Below are positions 28,431 to 38,530 of a stretch of 64,000 bases of DNA, in pieces (position 1 is the stretch's first letter; every line of letters starts with the position of its first letter). Source of the DNA: Erythrobacter sp. Lineage in GTDB: Bacteria; Pseudomonadota; Alphaproteobacteria; Sphingomonadales; Sphingomonadaceae. The position numbers and the translations under genes were made by a program. Below the pieces are notes generated by a model that was given only the letters and a program-made list of their open reading frames with translations, was not told the origin of the DNA and ran no database searches. The stretch covers positions 5,797 through 69,796 of the forward strand of contig JAHDDJ010000001.1 of NCBI GenBank assembly GCA_020629385.1, written 5' to 3'.

Positions 28431-28533
28431 GCGAATAGATCATCTGGTGGTGCAAATCAGGGAAGTTGAATTATGTTCACCACTGAGTCCTTCTTCTTAT
28501 TGTACATCGCTCGAGTGATTAAGGGATTCATCG

Positions 28534-29580
28534 CTAAGACGCCGACAGACCAACAATTTTAGACACGATAATCCTCGTAAGGAAGAAATGCGCGATCACA
28601 ATTACTACAAAACCCCAAAACAGATAGGGTTCATAGGCTGCCGATTCGTTAAACGCAATCCCAACACTAACTAATAAGGTGTGTAGGAGTACGATCACTA
28701 ACAACGTCTTTTGAGTAGAAATTCCGTTATCCAACAAAAGGTGGTGGAAATGATCTCTATCCGCTTCAAAGGGTGATTTACCCTTAAGTATCCGACCAAC
28801 TGTCACGCTGATTGTATCGGCTAAAGGCAAGCCAAATATCCAGCCCGCGCTGACCGGAGACAACGGGGCTCCTTCGCCCTGCGTAAACAGCACGAAAAAC
28901 CACACCAAAGTCAATCCCAAAAAGGTGCTTCCTGAATCTCCCAAAAACACCAGTGCTTTTGCTCGAAAAAATTGAGAGTTAAAATACAAGAACCCGGCTA
29001 GGGCCCCCACCACGGCAGCGAGAAAACCCATCTGTTCAACTTTGCCTTGACTCATCGCGAGCAAAAATAACGAGAAAAAGCTTATTAAAAGGATGCTACC
29101 GGACAGCCCATCCATACCATCAATCATATTGATGGCATTGATAACCCCGATCACGCAGATGACAGTAAACACTAACGAAAACGATAATCCGAACTGCGTC
29201 TGTTGGCCGGGTAATAACTCGCCAACGGAAACGATGGCAACATCGCCGAAGACAACCATCGCAAAAGCTACAATTACTTGGAAGGCAAGTCTGAAAATAG
29301 CGCTTAAGTTGTATATATCGTCGATCAATCCTAAAAGTAATAGAACAAACGACAACGACATCAATATTAAATAATTATTGTAGAAACCTTGAATCATCAA
29401 CGCAGTTGCAATTGCAAAAAATATACAAATGCCTCCTACAAGGGGTATTGAACCTGTATGAGTTTTCCTCGCGTCTGGCGTATCAACGATGCGAAATTTA
29501 GAGCCGAGATTAGCAAAATGCGGCATAGTTAAAAAACTAAAAACCAGAGCAATTAGAAAACTTGTTACAGCTGCTGTCAC
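28534..29580 (-). CDS. wecA: UDP-GlcNAc:undecaprenyl-phosphate GlcNAc-1-P transferase (WecA/MraY family)
   Basis: DTPDARKTH, GLIDD, NAINMIDGMDGL, FLGDSGS and ADRDHFHH. Polytopic. Confidence 0.9.
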   Translation of the reverse strand: MTAAVTSFLIALVFSFLTMPHFANLGSKFRIVDTPDARKTHTGSIPLVGGICIFFAIATALMIQGFYNNYLILMSLSFVLLLLGLIDDIYNLSAIFRLAFQVIVAFAMVVFGDVAIVSVGELLPGQQTQFGLSFSLVFTVICVIGVINAINMIDGMDGLSGSILLISFFSLFLLAMSQGKVEQMGFLAAVVGALAGFLYFNSQFFRAKALVFLGDSGSTFLGLTLVWFFVLFTQGEGAPLSPVSAGWIFGLPLADTISVTVGRILKGKSPFEADRDHFHHLLLDNGISTQKTLLVIVLLHTLLVSVGIAFNESAAYEPYLFWGFVVIVIAHFFLTRIIVSKIVGLSAS

Positions 29581-30037
29581 GACGGATTAACCCTGATCAT
29601 CATTACGTTTCTCTACTTAAAAAGCAGCGCCCACAAAACTGTGAATCATCTCTCCAAGTCAAGTGATGCTAAAAACCTTGTCAAAAAGCTCGTTATTAGC
29701 GGAACATTAAATTCAAATGTAATTACGTCTCCTTCGTTTATGCCGTAAGTTGAGGCAAACGGCACAGGTAGGACTACTACGTCTTACCGATTAGGAGGTT
29801 ACACAAAACCTATCTGTGTGATGTGCATACAAATACCATTTTAAACCCTAAGGCCCCAAGGCGATTGAATTAATACGTATCGTGAGGGAATTTTGAGCAA
29901 CAGTTCTTCCAACATCATCACCGATGCGAACAAGGTCGCAATTATCCTTGGCAATTAGATTTGTTTAATTCCCTTTCCCACTATTAAGTTGCGCTAGATT
30001 GCTACCAGCCGACGTGGCGAACTCTTAGATCAAAATT

Positions 30038-30865
30038 CTAATTCTTCCGCTTCACGAACACGTATTCGTTGCAGCCCCAGCCACCTTGGACCGTTGAAAT
30101 CATGCGCAGAGAGAAGCCACTCTTTACTAAAGGATTGATAACTTCATCCGGACTCGCAACTTCAAATGGCAATCCCCCGACCCAATCAACCCAGTCATAC
30201 CACGCCGACATTCCCCTTTTAGCTTTCTTCTGTTGCCAGTCTTCGAAGGGTAGAGGATTCTTTCCTCGGATCAAACGACCCACCGCATATTTGATTTCGT
30301 AATACCCCGCGACGATTGCCACAAGTCCAGAGTTTAAGGGCGCAGGCAATTTGTTGTACAGCTGCTTTATCTTTAACCAACGCCGACTAGCCCCTGCTTG
30401 ATCGTTGTACAGCGCGATGAAGTAGGAACCGTCATCAGCAACTAAGGCAGATGATAGCCTCACGGCTTTCTTCATTTGCCCGGTGTGATGCAACACCCCC
30501 CAAGAATAAACAACGTCGAACGTCCCCAGTTGATTTAACCACAAGCTATCCAATACCGACCCTTGGTGTACAGACCACGTTGGACTAGATTCCGCGTACG
30601 TTGATTTCAGATATTCAGTACACGCGACACTCGATTCATCGTAATCGAAAGACACCACCTCAGCGCCTAACCGATGTGCCGCCAAAGAGAACAATCCGCT
30701 TCCACAGCCTATGTCCAGAAATCGTTTCCCAGACAATGTATCCACACCCAATTTAGTCTTCAAAGAATTTACTGCTGCTTCCACCCGCTCATCGTCAAGC
30801 CGTGACAAAAACGCTTTCCAGTTTTCGCCAAACGCAAATCTCTCTTCTTCGTTTTCAGTCGACAT
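30038..30865 (-). CDS. Class I SAM-dependent methyltransferase
   Basis: FLDIGCGSG and FDVVYSWGVLHHTG. Start MSTENEEERFAFGENW at 30865. Confidence 0.9.
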   Translation of the reverse strand: MSTENEEERFAFGENWKAFLSRLDDERVEAAVNSLKTKLGVDTLSGKRFLDIGCGSGLFSLAAHRLGAEVVSFDYDESSVACTEYLKSTYAESSPTWSVHQGSVLDSLWLNQLGTFDVVYSWGVLHHTGQMKKAVRLSSALVADDGSYFIALYNDQAGASRRWLKIKQLYNKLPAPLNSGLVAIVAGYYEIKYAVGRLIRGKNPLPFEDWQQKKAKRGMSAWYDWVDWVGGLPFEVASPDEVINPLVKSGFSLRMISTVQGGWGCNEYVFVKRKN

Positions 30866-30893
30866 AATTAATGAAGGAATTCCGATTCTTATT

Positions 30894-32357
30894 TCAGACG
30901 AAGGAGTTCTGAGGACCAGTTCTACCATACTCGTCACCTATGCGAACGATATCATCCTCTCCCAGGTAACTACCGGATTGAACTTCAATAATTTCGAGGG
31001 GAATTTTTCCGGGGTTGAACAATCGATGCACGGCGCCTAATGGAATGTAGGTAGACTCGTTTTCAGATAGCTGAGTTTCGATTTCATCGATAGTAACTAC
31101 TGCGGTGCCCGTAACAACGACCCAATGTTCTGACCGGTGGTAGTGCTTCTGTAACGACAAGCGGGCACCGGGTTTGACCATTATGCTTTTAACCTGAAAC
31201 CTCGAGCCGGAGGCAAGGATTGTGTAACTCCCCCATGGCCGGTAGCATGTCTGATGTGATTCAAGTTCAACGCGACCCATCGCGTTCAGCTCACCAACCA
31301 ATTCCTTTATTTTTTGTGCGCTTCCCGTATCAATGACGAGGACCGCGTCTGGGGTTTCAACCACGGATACGTCGCGCAGACCTTTTAGCGCGACAAGTCT
31401 GCTGGTGGAGTGAACGTAGACGTTGCTGCAGTCTTGCTGAACGACATCGCCATTTAAAATATTTCCATCCGCATCAGACGAAGCAGATTCGGCCACTGAA
31501 TCCCAGCTGCCTACATCTGACCAGGAAAAATCAGCAGGTACCACAGCAATATTCGCCGCTTTTTCCATCACAGCAAAATCGATAGAGATACTTTTGCATT
31601 TAGAAAAACTCTCTGCTTCCAACCGAATAAAATCTAAGTCTACGGTAGCGTTGCTAAATGACTCCCTGGAATAGTGGTACAAGTCTTTTTCAAACTTCTT
31701 AAGTTCACTCAAATAATTCGACGCTTTAAATACAAAAATTCCTGAATTCCAAAGATACTCATTGTCTTGTATTAATTGTTCCGCAACCTCTCGGGATGGT
31801 TTTTCTAGAAAATGAGATACCTGGTGGTATCTCAGATCTGATTCAGCAGTTTTTTCCTTAACTTTTTTGATATAGCCAAAGCCTGTAGCCGCACACGTTG
31901 GAACTATCCCAATGGTAACTAGTTGATCCAGCTGAGCTGCTTCAATCGCTTTATCAATTGTCTCTCTAAAAGCGACGTCTTCCGTAATGAGATGGTCAGC
32001 AGGCAGCACGACCATTACCCCATCACGATCTGTTTCAAAAATTTTATGAGCAGCAGCGGCAATCGCAGGCGCAGTATCCTTTCTTACTGGTTCCAGTAAA
32101 ATGGAACAATCGGTAACGTGAATTTGAGACAACTGTTCCGCAACAAGGAATCGGTGCCTCTCTGAACATACGATTACCGGAGATTGAAAAGACTCGGAGT
32201 AAAGTCTTGCAACCGATCTTTGCAACAGGCTTTTCGTAGAATCCCCAAGTGTCAAAAATTGCTTCGGGTAGTCTTCCCTGGAAAGTGGCCAAAGACGGCT
32301 CCCGGAGCCACCAGCGATAACAACAGGATAAACGTTAAGAATTTTCTCGCTAGCCAT
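30894..32357 (-). CDS. manC: Mannose-1-phosphate guanylyltransferase / mannose-6-phosphate isomerase
   Basis: AGGSGSRLWPLSR..PKQF, WNSG, SIDFAVMEK and WSDVGSW, with a C-terminal cupin (RPWG, QKHYHRSEHW, GEDDIVR). Confidence 0.96.
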   Translation of the reverse strand: MASEKILNVYPVVIAGGSGSRLWPLSREDYPKQFLTLGDSTKSLLQRSVARLYSESFQSPVIVCSERHRFLVAEQLSQIHVTDCSILLEPVRKDTAPAIAAAAHKIFETDRDGVMVVLPADHLITEDVAFRETIDKAIEAAQLDQLVTIGIVPTCAATGFGYIKKVKEKTAESDLRYHQVSHFLEKPSREVAEQLIQDNEYLWNSGIFVFKASNYLSELKKFEKDLYHYSRESFSNATVDLDFIRLEAESFSKCKSISIDFAVMEKAANIAVVPADFSWSDVGSWDSVAESASSDADGNILNGDVVQQDCSNVYVHSTSRLVALKGLRDVSVVETPDAVLVIDTGSAQKIKELVGELNAMGRVELESHQTCYRPWGSYTILASGSRFQVKSIMVKPGARLSLQKHYHRSEHWVVVTGTAVVTIDEIETQLSENESTYIPLGAVHRLFNPGKIPLEIIEVQSGSYLGEDDIVRIGDEYGRTGPQNSFV

Positions 32358-32374
32358 TAAAGAATACCTTGAGC

Positions 32375-33523
32375 CTAAACAATGACTGTCCGCTGCGGCT
32401 TAAGCACTGTAAACCCGAGCCGATTCCATGTGTAATACTGATGTAGGAAGTAGTTGCCTACCGCTGCAAAGGCCACCCCTATCAAATATATAAAATACAG
32501 TGAAAGCAGCCGTTCACCCATAGATGGGAAGTGCTGCAACAGCGTTGACACGACCGACAACTGCACGACTAATCCATAACAGCACACAATTTGATACAAG
32601 CCAAAACCAAGAAAAAAATCTTTACCCTTGAAAGTAAATGGGGTGAAGGTAAATTTATTGTTGGCAAAGTATGTCCATACGATGGCTAGCTCCACACCCG
32701 CAATGACCGCCCACGGAACAGATGCTCCTAATCCAAGTATTAACGCGAATCCCATAAAGTTGACCATCGAACCGGTGAGCCCGACAATCCCAAATTTTAC
32801 GAATTGATTGGGTATCAGCCAGCCAAACCGCAAATCTATTAAGGCTAAAAGATACTCTACAATAACTGTGGCGTTCAGCTTAGTTTCGCCGTGCAATCTA
32901 GTTCGAAACGTATAACCTACTTCTGTAGTATTCGGTGTTTTTCCACGTGCAACAAACTCGAGCAGGATTTTAAATCCTGTGGGATTAACTCGGTCTATGG
33001 TTGAATCGAAGTAGTTCCTGGATATAGCAAAAAAGCCACTCATAGGATCTGATACTGAAGTTCCAATCAACTGCTGTGCTAGCCCTTTGGCGGTAAAGCT
33101 AACCAATTTTCTCGTAGCAGACCAGTTCCCATAACTCCCCCCAGGGGCTTCTCTACTGCCTACACAGATATCGGATCCGCGCTGTACTTGTTCAAGCAGG
33201 TCGGGAAGGATCTTTTCATCGTGTTGCAAATCGGAATCCATCACCGCCATACACCGACCGTTAGCCGCTACCAGACCGGTTATCACAGCAGAAGACAATC
33301 CTTTGCTACCTATCCTCCTAATAATTCGAAACCTGCTGTTGGTTTGTTGAGCAAGTTCCACTAGTTGCCATGTTAAATCTGGGCTGTCATCGTCGACTAC
33401 GATAACTTCATAGTCAATATCCCTAAGTACTTCCGAGAGCCTACCAAGAAGAATTTGAATATTTTCTGCTTCGTTATAAGTCGGTATGACAACACTGAGC
33501 TCACAGGAACTCACCTTATTCAC
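32375..33523 (-). CDS. GT2 polyprenol-phosphate-mannose-synthase-like glycosyltransferase fused to a GtrA domain
   Basis: IPTYNE, VDDDSPD, MDSDLQH, DPMSGFF and RLHGETK, then a C-terminal 4-TM GtrA-like segment (KFGIVG...NNKFTF...NYFLHQYYTW). Confidence 0.88.
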   Translation of the reverse strand: MNKVSSCELSVVIPTYNEAENIQILLGRLSEVLRDIDYEVIVVDDDSPDLTWQLVELAQQTNSRFRIIRRIGSKGLSSAVITGLVAANGRCMAVMDSDLQHDEKILPDLLEQVQRGSDICVGSREAPGGSYGNWSATRKLVSFTAKGLAQQLIGTSVSDPMSGFFAISRNYFDSTIDRVNPTGFKILLEFVARGKTPNTTEVGYTFRTRLHGETKLNATVIVEYLLALIDLRFGWLIPNQFVKFGIVGLTGSMVNFMGFALILGLGASVPWAVIAGVELAIVWTYFANNKFTFTPFTFKGKDFFLGFGLYQIVCCYGLVVQLSVVSTLLQHFPSMGERLLSLYFIYLIGVAFAAVGNYFLHQYYTWNRLGFTVLKPQRTVIV

Positions 33524-34877
33524 CTATATCCTTTGCAATCATTTCAGCCATTGCTATGCCGTCCCTAACGGCGTAATTGGTACCACGGTCCATCGGGAAG
33601 ATTTGAGAAAAGTTGCACAAATAAACACCTTCCGCTGGTGTCCGATAATCTACGATCTTATTCTCAAACCCCACATCAACGATGTGCTGTGCGTCTCTAA
33701 ACCGAAATACCTGATGCTCCAAAACTGATTTCTCATCAAACTCGGGAAACATTTTTCCAAGCGCGTCGAACCAATGAGATTTGAGAGCATCGGGATCTTG
33801 GCTCATGTATTCGTGCTCTCTCGGAATGTAGTCCCCGATGTAGTAGACATGCTTTCCATTAAATTGCTGTGTGCCTATCAGGCTAGTGAGGCTGAGGAAT
33901 ACGACGAACGGGGAATTCGGGGTGTTAATGTTGTGCCAGTAGTAAGGCGAGATGGGTTTATCAGTTGCGAACAATAAAACTGCTGCATCAAGGTAATCAA
34001 TAGATTTAAGCTTTTCGAAATACTCAGGGCTTTTTTGCTCATGTTGTTCACGCAGTAACCGGTGAGCTACGCTGCATGGCACAGTAAGCAAAACCGAATC
34101 AAACTCCTCAGTGGCGTTTCCTGTAGAGACCATGTGTTTTAGTTCGCCGTCCGCGTTCTTTTCACTTTGAATACCGCTGATAGGCGAATCCGTAAGTATG
34201 GTGCCACCGGAGCCTTTAATTTCAGCCTCGAGCTTATCCACCAGTGTTACAAAACCACCTTCAATGTAACCCAATGCTTCACCTCCAAGCTTCTTATCTC
34301 TACTTTCGACGCGTTGCTTGATTCGCCCCCAGAGCCAACACATAGTGACTTTGTCGTAATAACGATCAAACTTTCCTCGTAACAAGGGAGCCCAGATAAC
34401 ATCAGTAACTTGCTTGCCCGAGTACCTTGTGAGCCAGTCAAGCGCAGAAATTTTGGTTAATTTCTCCCAATTTCGGACGTTTTGCAGATACAAAACCGCA
34501 AGCCCAGCCCTAATGCGATTTAGAAAAGTCAACGGAGTGAACTTAATCAAATCAAGCGGGCTTTCCATGGGGTATAGCCGTCCGTCATAGTATGTAGCTA
34601 CGGAAGACTTATGAAATTCTAACTTTTCATCTAATCCCAACTCTTTCAATACACCCAACATATGAGCGTCAGTTTTGTACAAAAAATGGTAGGCCTTTTC
34701 TACGGGAACATCTAGTAAAGTACAGCCACTGGCTAATCCGCCGATAACCGAATTCGCTTCAAATACAACTGCCTCACCGCCATGTTGTTGAATTTTCCAA
34801 GCAGCCGTTAGGCCTGTGAAACCTCCACCAACCACAGCAATGCGTTTGCCCTTTAGAGGCTTTGGTTGCGTGTCCAT
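33516..34877 (-). CDS. FAD-dependent oxidoreductase (amine oxidase / protoporphyrinogen oxidase-like family)
   Basis: VVGGGFTGLTAA, E...GGLA, EKAYHF, LGYIEGGF and PMDRGTNYAV. Confidence 0.85.
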   Translation of the reverse strand: MDTQPKPLKGKRIAVVGGGFTGLTAAWKIQQHGGEAVVFEANSVIGGLASGCTLLDVPVEKAYHFLYKTDAHMLGVLKELGLDEKLEFHKSSVATYYDGRLYPMESPLDLIKFTPLTFLNRIRAGLAVLYLQNVRNWEKLTKISALDWLTRYSGKQVTDVIWAPLLRGKFDRYYDKVTMCWLWGRIKQRVESRDKKLGGEALGYIEGGFVTLVDKLEAEIKGSGGTILTDSPISGIQSEKNADGELKHMVSTGNATEEFDSVLLTVPCSVAHRLLREQHEQKSPEYFEKLKSIDYLDAAVLLFATDKPISPYYWHNINTPNSPFVVFLSLTSLIGTQQFNGKHVYYIGDYIPREHEYMSQDPDALKSHWFDALGKMFPEFDEKSVLEHQVFRFRDAQHIVDVGFENKIVDYRTPAEGVYLCNFSQIFPMDRGTNYAVRDGIAMAEMIAKDIGE

Positions 34878-35263
34878 TATGAAAAAGATACCCGTGAATT
34901 TAAAAAGTACTGAAAGATGAAAACAAGCGGTAGAGATGCTAGCTTCCCCACGCTCGCGCCGAACGGCGTGTACTGTTCAGTTATGTAAATAACAAACGCG
35001 CCTAGTAGATAACCTAAAAACACAACGATGGCGAAGGAAAGAGCTCTAAATAGCAACTTATCTGTTTTCTTAAAATTAAATACCGCATTCATTGAGAAAC
35101 TGAATAATGCAGACGTCCCAATTGATACGGTGTGACTACTGATGGCCGAGAAGTCAAAGAGCTCATAAAACAAAAGAAACAGGCCAACATCAATGGCGGA
35201 TGCCGTTCCTCCAATGCCTAAATACATCAGAAGTTTGTTCTGAGTTAATGTTGTTAGGTTCAT
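34877..35263 (-). CDS. GtrA family flippase-like protein
   Basis: About 128 aa with four TM segments, plus N-AVFNFK and FQYFLNSRVSF. Alternative start at 35293. Confidence 0.85.
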   Translation of the reverse strand: MNLTTLTQNKLLMYLGIGGTASAIDVGLFLLFYELFDFSAISSHTVSIGTSALFSFSMNAVFNFKKTDKLLFRALSFAIVVFLGYLLGAFVIYITEQYTPFGASVGKLASLPLVFIFQYFLNSRVSFS

Positions 35264-35780
35264 GGGATTGGTTTTCGTCCTGGGCTGACGCATCAGGTAG
35301 GGGCAACGCCCCTTTCCGACATAGCACCGAAATTGTAACTGATTAGATAGCTTCGTAATTGAGACTCAAGCCGCAGCAACGGCGAACGGAATACTTTCAA
35401 CGCAGCCATCCACGGTAACCGTGTTCAACTGTATCGGATGAAATAAAACCGATACTTGTGGTTGACTAATAAGTGGCGCGTTTTCCTTACCCTGTTCCTT
35501 GCGCTCGTTCGTATGATTGACCCCAGTCCAATCGAAAATCCTTCGCCAAGAAAAGGGTTCGTGCAGTCATTGCGTGCTTTGAGGCGGTCTCCACATTAGT
35601 GGAATTAGTCGACCTCGCGAGCCATACTGCTGCCTAATCGCCTACAAGTCTGAAATGCGAGAATGCAGCTAGCCGTTAAGTTGGTTGGAGCAGATACACA
35701 TCGGCTGCGACTACTTTAGATGTTGAAATCCATCTTCGTATTTCCTTCTGGAAACCTCAGCGCGCGATTAAGACGCAAAG

Positions 35781-35807
35781 ATCGAGCAGCATCCTTGCTG
35801 GCTCGAT
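35781..35807 (-). terminator. Probable terminator hairpin downstream of wza-wzc
   Basis: atcgag-cagca-tcct-tgctg-g-ctcgat forms an 11-bp stem with one bulge, 14 nt after the wzc stop. The following T-run is weak (ctttgcgtctt on -). Confidence 0.5.
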
Positions 35808-35821
35808 GCTTAAACCAATAG

Positions 35822-38530
35822 CTACAGAAAATCTAAATCATCATTAAGTTGTTTTCTAGTTTTGGATTTGCGCGCTTCATGCAACGCAGTTTTGCTACCA
35901 ATCCGCCCATGACCATTCAAGCCATTCATCTGCGTTGTTCGATCAAACTCATGCTCGTCGGTCAATTCATCCGTGGAAGCGCGCAGATGGCTGGCCCCCA
36001 ACCCGAGATCTATTTCAGAATCATCGTTCTGGATCTCCCGTAATTTCGCCTGGCTCAGTTTTAACTTACCTCGGCCCTGATCACCCTTAGACCCGCCAGC
36101 TTGCTTTTCAGAGTAGCCGTAGTAATCGTAATGGCCTTGATAATAATAGTCACCGCCGTACGAAACCATTTTTTCTACATCTACCTGCGTGACCAAGATC
36201 CCAGCGATGTTCGCATCGACTTGCCTGAGTCGATCTATTCCGCGTTTTACGATATCGATGGACGTTTCCTGCGATTCAACACAATAGACAACGCTGTCGG
36301 CTACCTTGCTTAAAACCATCGCGTCAGACACGGCTTGGATGGGCGCGCAATCCAGAACGATCCTGTCGTAGTGCTTGGACAGACTTGCCAGAATGCTACG
36401 GAATCTTCCGCTACTGATAAGTTCCAACGGACGCTCTGGAAGTTGGCCTGCTGGCAGTATGTCCAGGTGGTGGTCAAAAGCACCTCGTATGATGCATTCG
36501 TTCGCACTCGCAGAGCCGGTAATTAACTCGCTGAGTCCAGGCTGCCGCGCGCGTTCATTCTTGTCAGAAATAACGGATTTAACTACCGTTGGCTTTCTTA
36601 AATCGCAGTCGATCAACAAGACTTTCTCGATTTTTGACAACGAATAAGCCAGGTTGAGGGATGTGGTGGATTTACCTTCACCCGGCTTAGAAGAAGTAAC
36701 CATAATGATTTTTCGATCTTCATCGCCATCACTCAAACATATAGCTGTACGGGCAGTATCCACGGCTTCGAAGAACTTGTGTATAGACTCCTTCTTTGCA
36801 CCTTTTAAGCCCCCCATTTCGCCAACTAACAGCGCTGGATTCACCGGATTCCCTTCATTCCGGTTAACAACCCCGCTTTTGATAAGCGGCAGTATGCCCA
36901 ACAGCCGTAACCCCAACTTGTCTTCAACATCGCTGGTGCTTTTGATTGTGTCGTCCATTTGTTCGTAAAGAAAAGCCATCAACATCGCCAGTACCAACGA
37001 AGCTAGCGCTGCCAACGCAATGATCAATTGCTTTTGCGGCTTCACAGGTGCAGCAGAGGCAACCGCATAATCAGAAATGCGCGCATTGGCAGACTCAAGG
37101 CCATCCGCTGACTTCGCCTGTGTAATTTGGTTGTAGAACGCGTCGTAAATATCTTGATTCGTGTCCACCTCACCCTGCAGCTCATCCAGCTCAAACTTTT
37201 TAGAGCCGATTGCCTGAATTTCCTGCTTACCTGAGTTCAGCTTTGCTTGAATCGAAGCTACTTGTTGCCGGGCTAACTGGTAATCGTTTGCTATCGAACC
37301 CACTACCCGATTGACGTGGCCTTCCAGTGTGAGGTTCAAAGTAGCAAGTTGCGATTTTGCGTCAACGACTCGCGGATGACGCTCACCGTATCGGTTTAGC
37401 AGCTCATCCAACTCACGTTGTGCAACCCCTTGATCGATCTTGGTTCGCTGAACCAATGGGTCGGCTTGAATTGCAGGTATTGATTCGAGAAGGTCTGTTC
37501 GCCCACGTAATGCTTGAACTTCGTTGAACACGTTTTGTTGTTGCGCAAGCTCACTTCGGGCGCTGGCCAGCTCAGCTGTCGCCAGAAGAAGTTGTTGTTC
37601 GTTCAAACGCCCGACGCTGCCATCGACATCTACTAATCCGTTCACTTCCTTGAAAGCGATCAATCGAGATTTCGAGTCGTCTAGTGTGGCCTTAAGCTCT
37701 CTCAGACGTTGATTTAAAAACGTGGCCGCGGAGCTCGTTCGCTCCAGTTTTGCGTCCAAATAGCTTTCAATATACTGCTGCCCCACCGTGTTGGCCACGA
37801 GAGCGGCAAAGTCCGGATCTTCAGATAAAAAGGAGATATTTACCAACTTGGTCTTGCGTAAAGGTGCTATTGATAGCCGACCCATGAACCCGTTGACCAC
37901 ACTTTGCTGATCTGGAGTAAGTTCGTCAGTCGCATTCACAATCTGAGTTGAGGGGGTGAATACCGCGGAGCCGGTTTCCACAACAGTTTTCGACTCGAAA
38001 GGCTCCGGGTCGCCAGCACCGCTGAATATGCCCTGAATTCGCTCAAGTACCGAAGCGGACTCTTGCTCTGGTGCAGTTGAGTCACCACCAAGCACCTCGC
38101 GTTCTGCTGCCGCCTGGCGAGCCTGGTCTTCGCGTGCTCGCGGGGAGAGCTCCGGGTGGTTCCATAGACCCATTTGGTTCACAACACGGGTAGCCAACGC
38201 TCTAGAGCGGAGGATCTCGTACTGAGTTTGGTAGTAATCGTAACTTTCAGTATCACCCGTCACCAACTCCTCGATAGTCGGTACGTTGGTGCTTTGAGTT
38301 TCGATAAGCAACGTGGAGGTTGAGCTGTATATTGGTGTCGCTGTATACGCGTAGTACGCAGCCAGCGCTGTCACAGCGGCCGTAAATAACGTAATGGGGA
38401 ATTTGTGTTTGCGCAATATCCTCAGATAGTGCTGCAAATCAAGCTGATCCGAAAATGAACCTGACCCTTGTCTTTCCTGGGCAAAATCGTCCGCCATTCG
38501 TTCGTCATTTCTTTCGATCGAAGCCGCCAT
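35822..38530 (-). CDS. wzc: Wzc/GumC polysaccharide co-polymerase with BY-kinase domain
   Basis: Two TM segments flank a coiled coil (RYGERHPRVV). Walker A SSKPGEGKST, A' LIDCDLRKP, B VLDCAP, and Tyr cluster YGGDYYYQGHYDYYGY. Confidence 0.93.
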   Translation of the reverse strand: MAASIERNDERMADDFAQERQGSGSFSDQLDLQHYLRILRKHKFPITLFTAAVTALAAYYAYTATPIYSSTSTLLIETQSTNVPTIEELVTGDTESYDYYQTQYEILRSRALATRVVNQMGLWNHPELSPRAREDQARQAAAEREVLGGDSTAPEQESASVLERIQGIFSGAGDPEPFESKTVVETGSAVFTPSTQIVNATDELTPDQQSVVNGFMGRLSIAPLRKTKLVNISFLSEDPDFAALVANTVGQQYIESYLDAKLERTSSAATFLNQRLRELKATLDDSKSRLIAFKEVNGLVDVDGSVGRLNEQQLLLATAELASARSELAQQQNVFNEVQALRGRTDLLESIPAIQADPLVQRTKIDQGVAQRELDELLNRYGERHPRVVDAKSQLATLNLTLEGHVNRVVGSIANDYQLARQQVASIQAKLNSGKQEIQAIGSKKFELDELQGEVDTNQDIYDAFYNQITQAKSADGLESANARISDYAVASAAPVKPQKQLIIALAALASLVLAMLMAFLYEQMDDTIKSTSDVEDKLGLRLLGILPLIKSGVVNRNEGNPVNPALLVGEMGGLKGAKKESIHKFFEAVDTARTAICLSDGDEDRKIIMVTSSKPGEGKSTTSLNLAYSLSKIEKVLLIDCDLRKPTVVKSVISDKNERARQPGLSELITGSASANECIIRGAFDHHLDILPAGQLPERPLELISSGRFRSILASLSKHYDRIVLDCAPIQAVSDAMVLSKVADSVVYCVESQETSIDIVKRGIDRLRQVDANIAGILVTQVDVEKMVSYGGDYYYQGHYDYYGYSEKQAGGSKGDQGRGKLKLSQAKLREIQNDDSEIDLGLGASHLRASTDELTDEHEFDRTTQMNGLNGHGRIGSKTALHEARKSKTRKQLNDDLDFL

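Noticed and set aside
29741-29800. tgccgt...acggca hairpin containing GGCAAAC, reminiscent of a c-di-GMP-I riboswitch
   Set aside because: The second conserved GCAAA element and P1/P3 pairing are absent, and it is on the strand opposite the downstream wecA.
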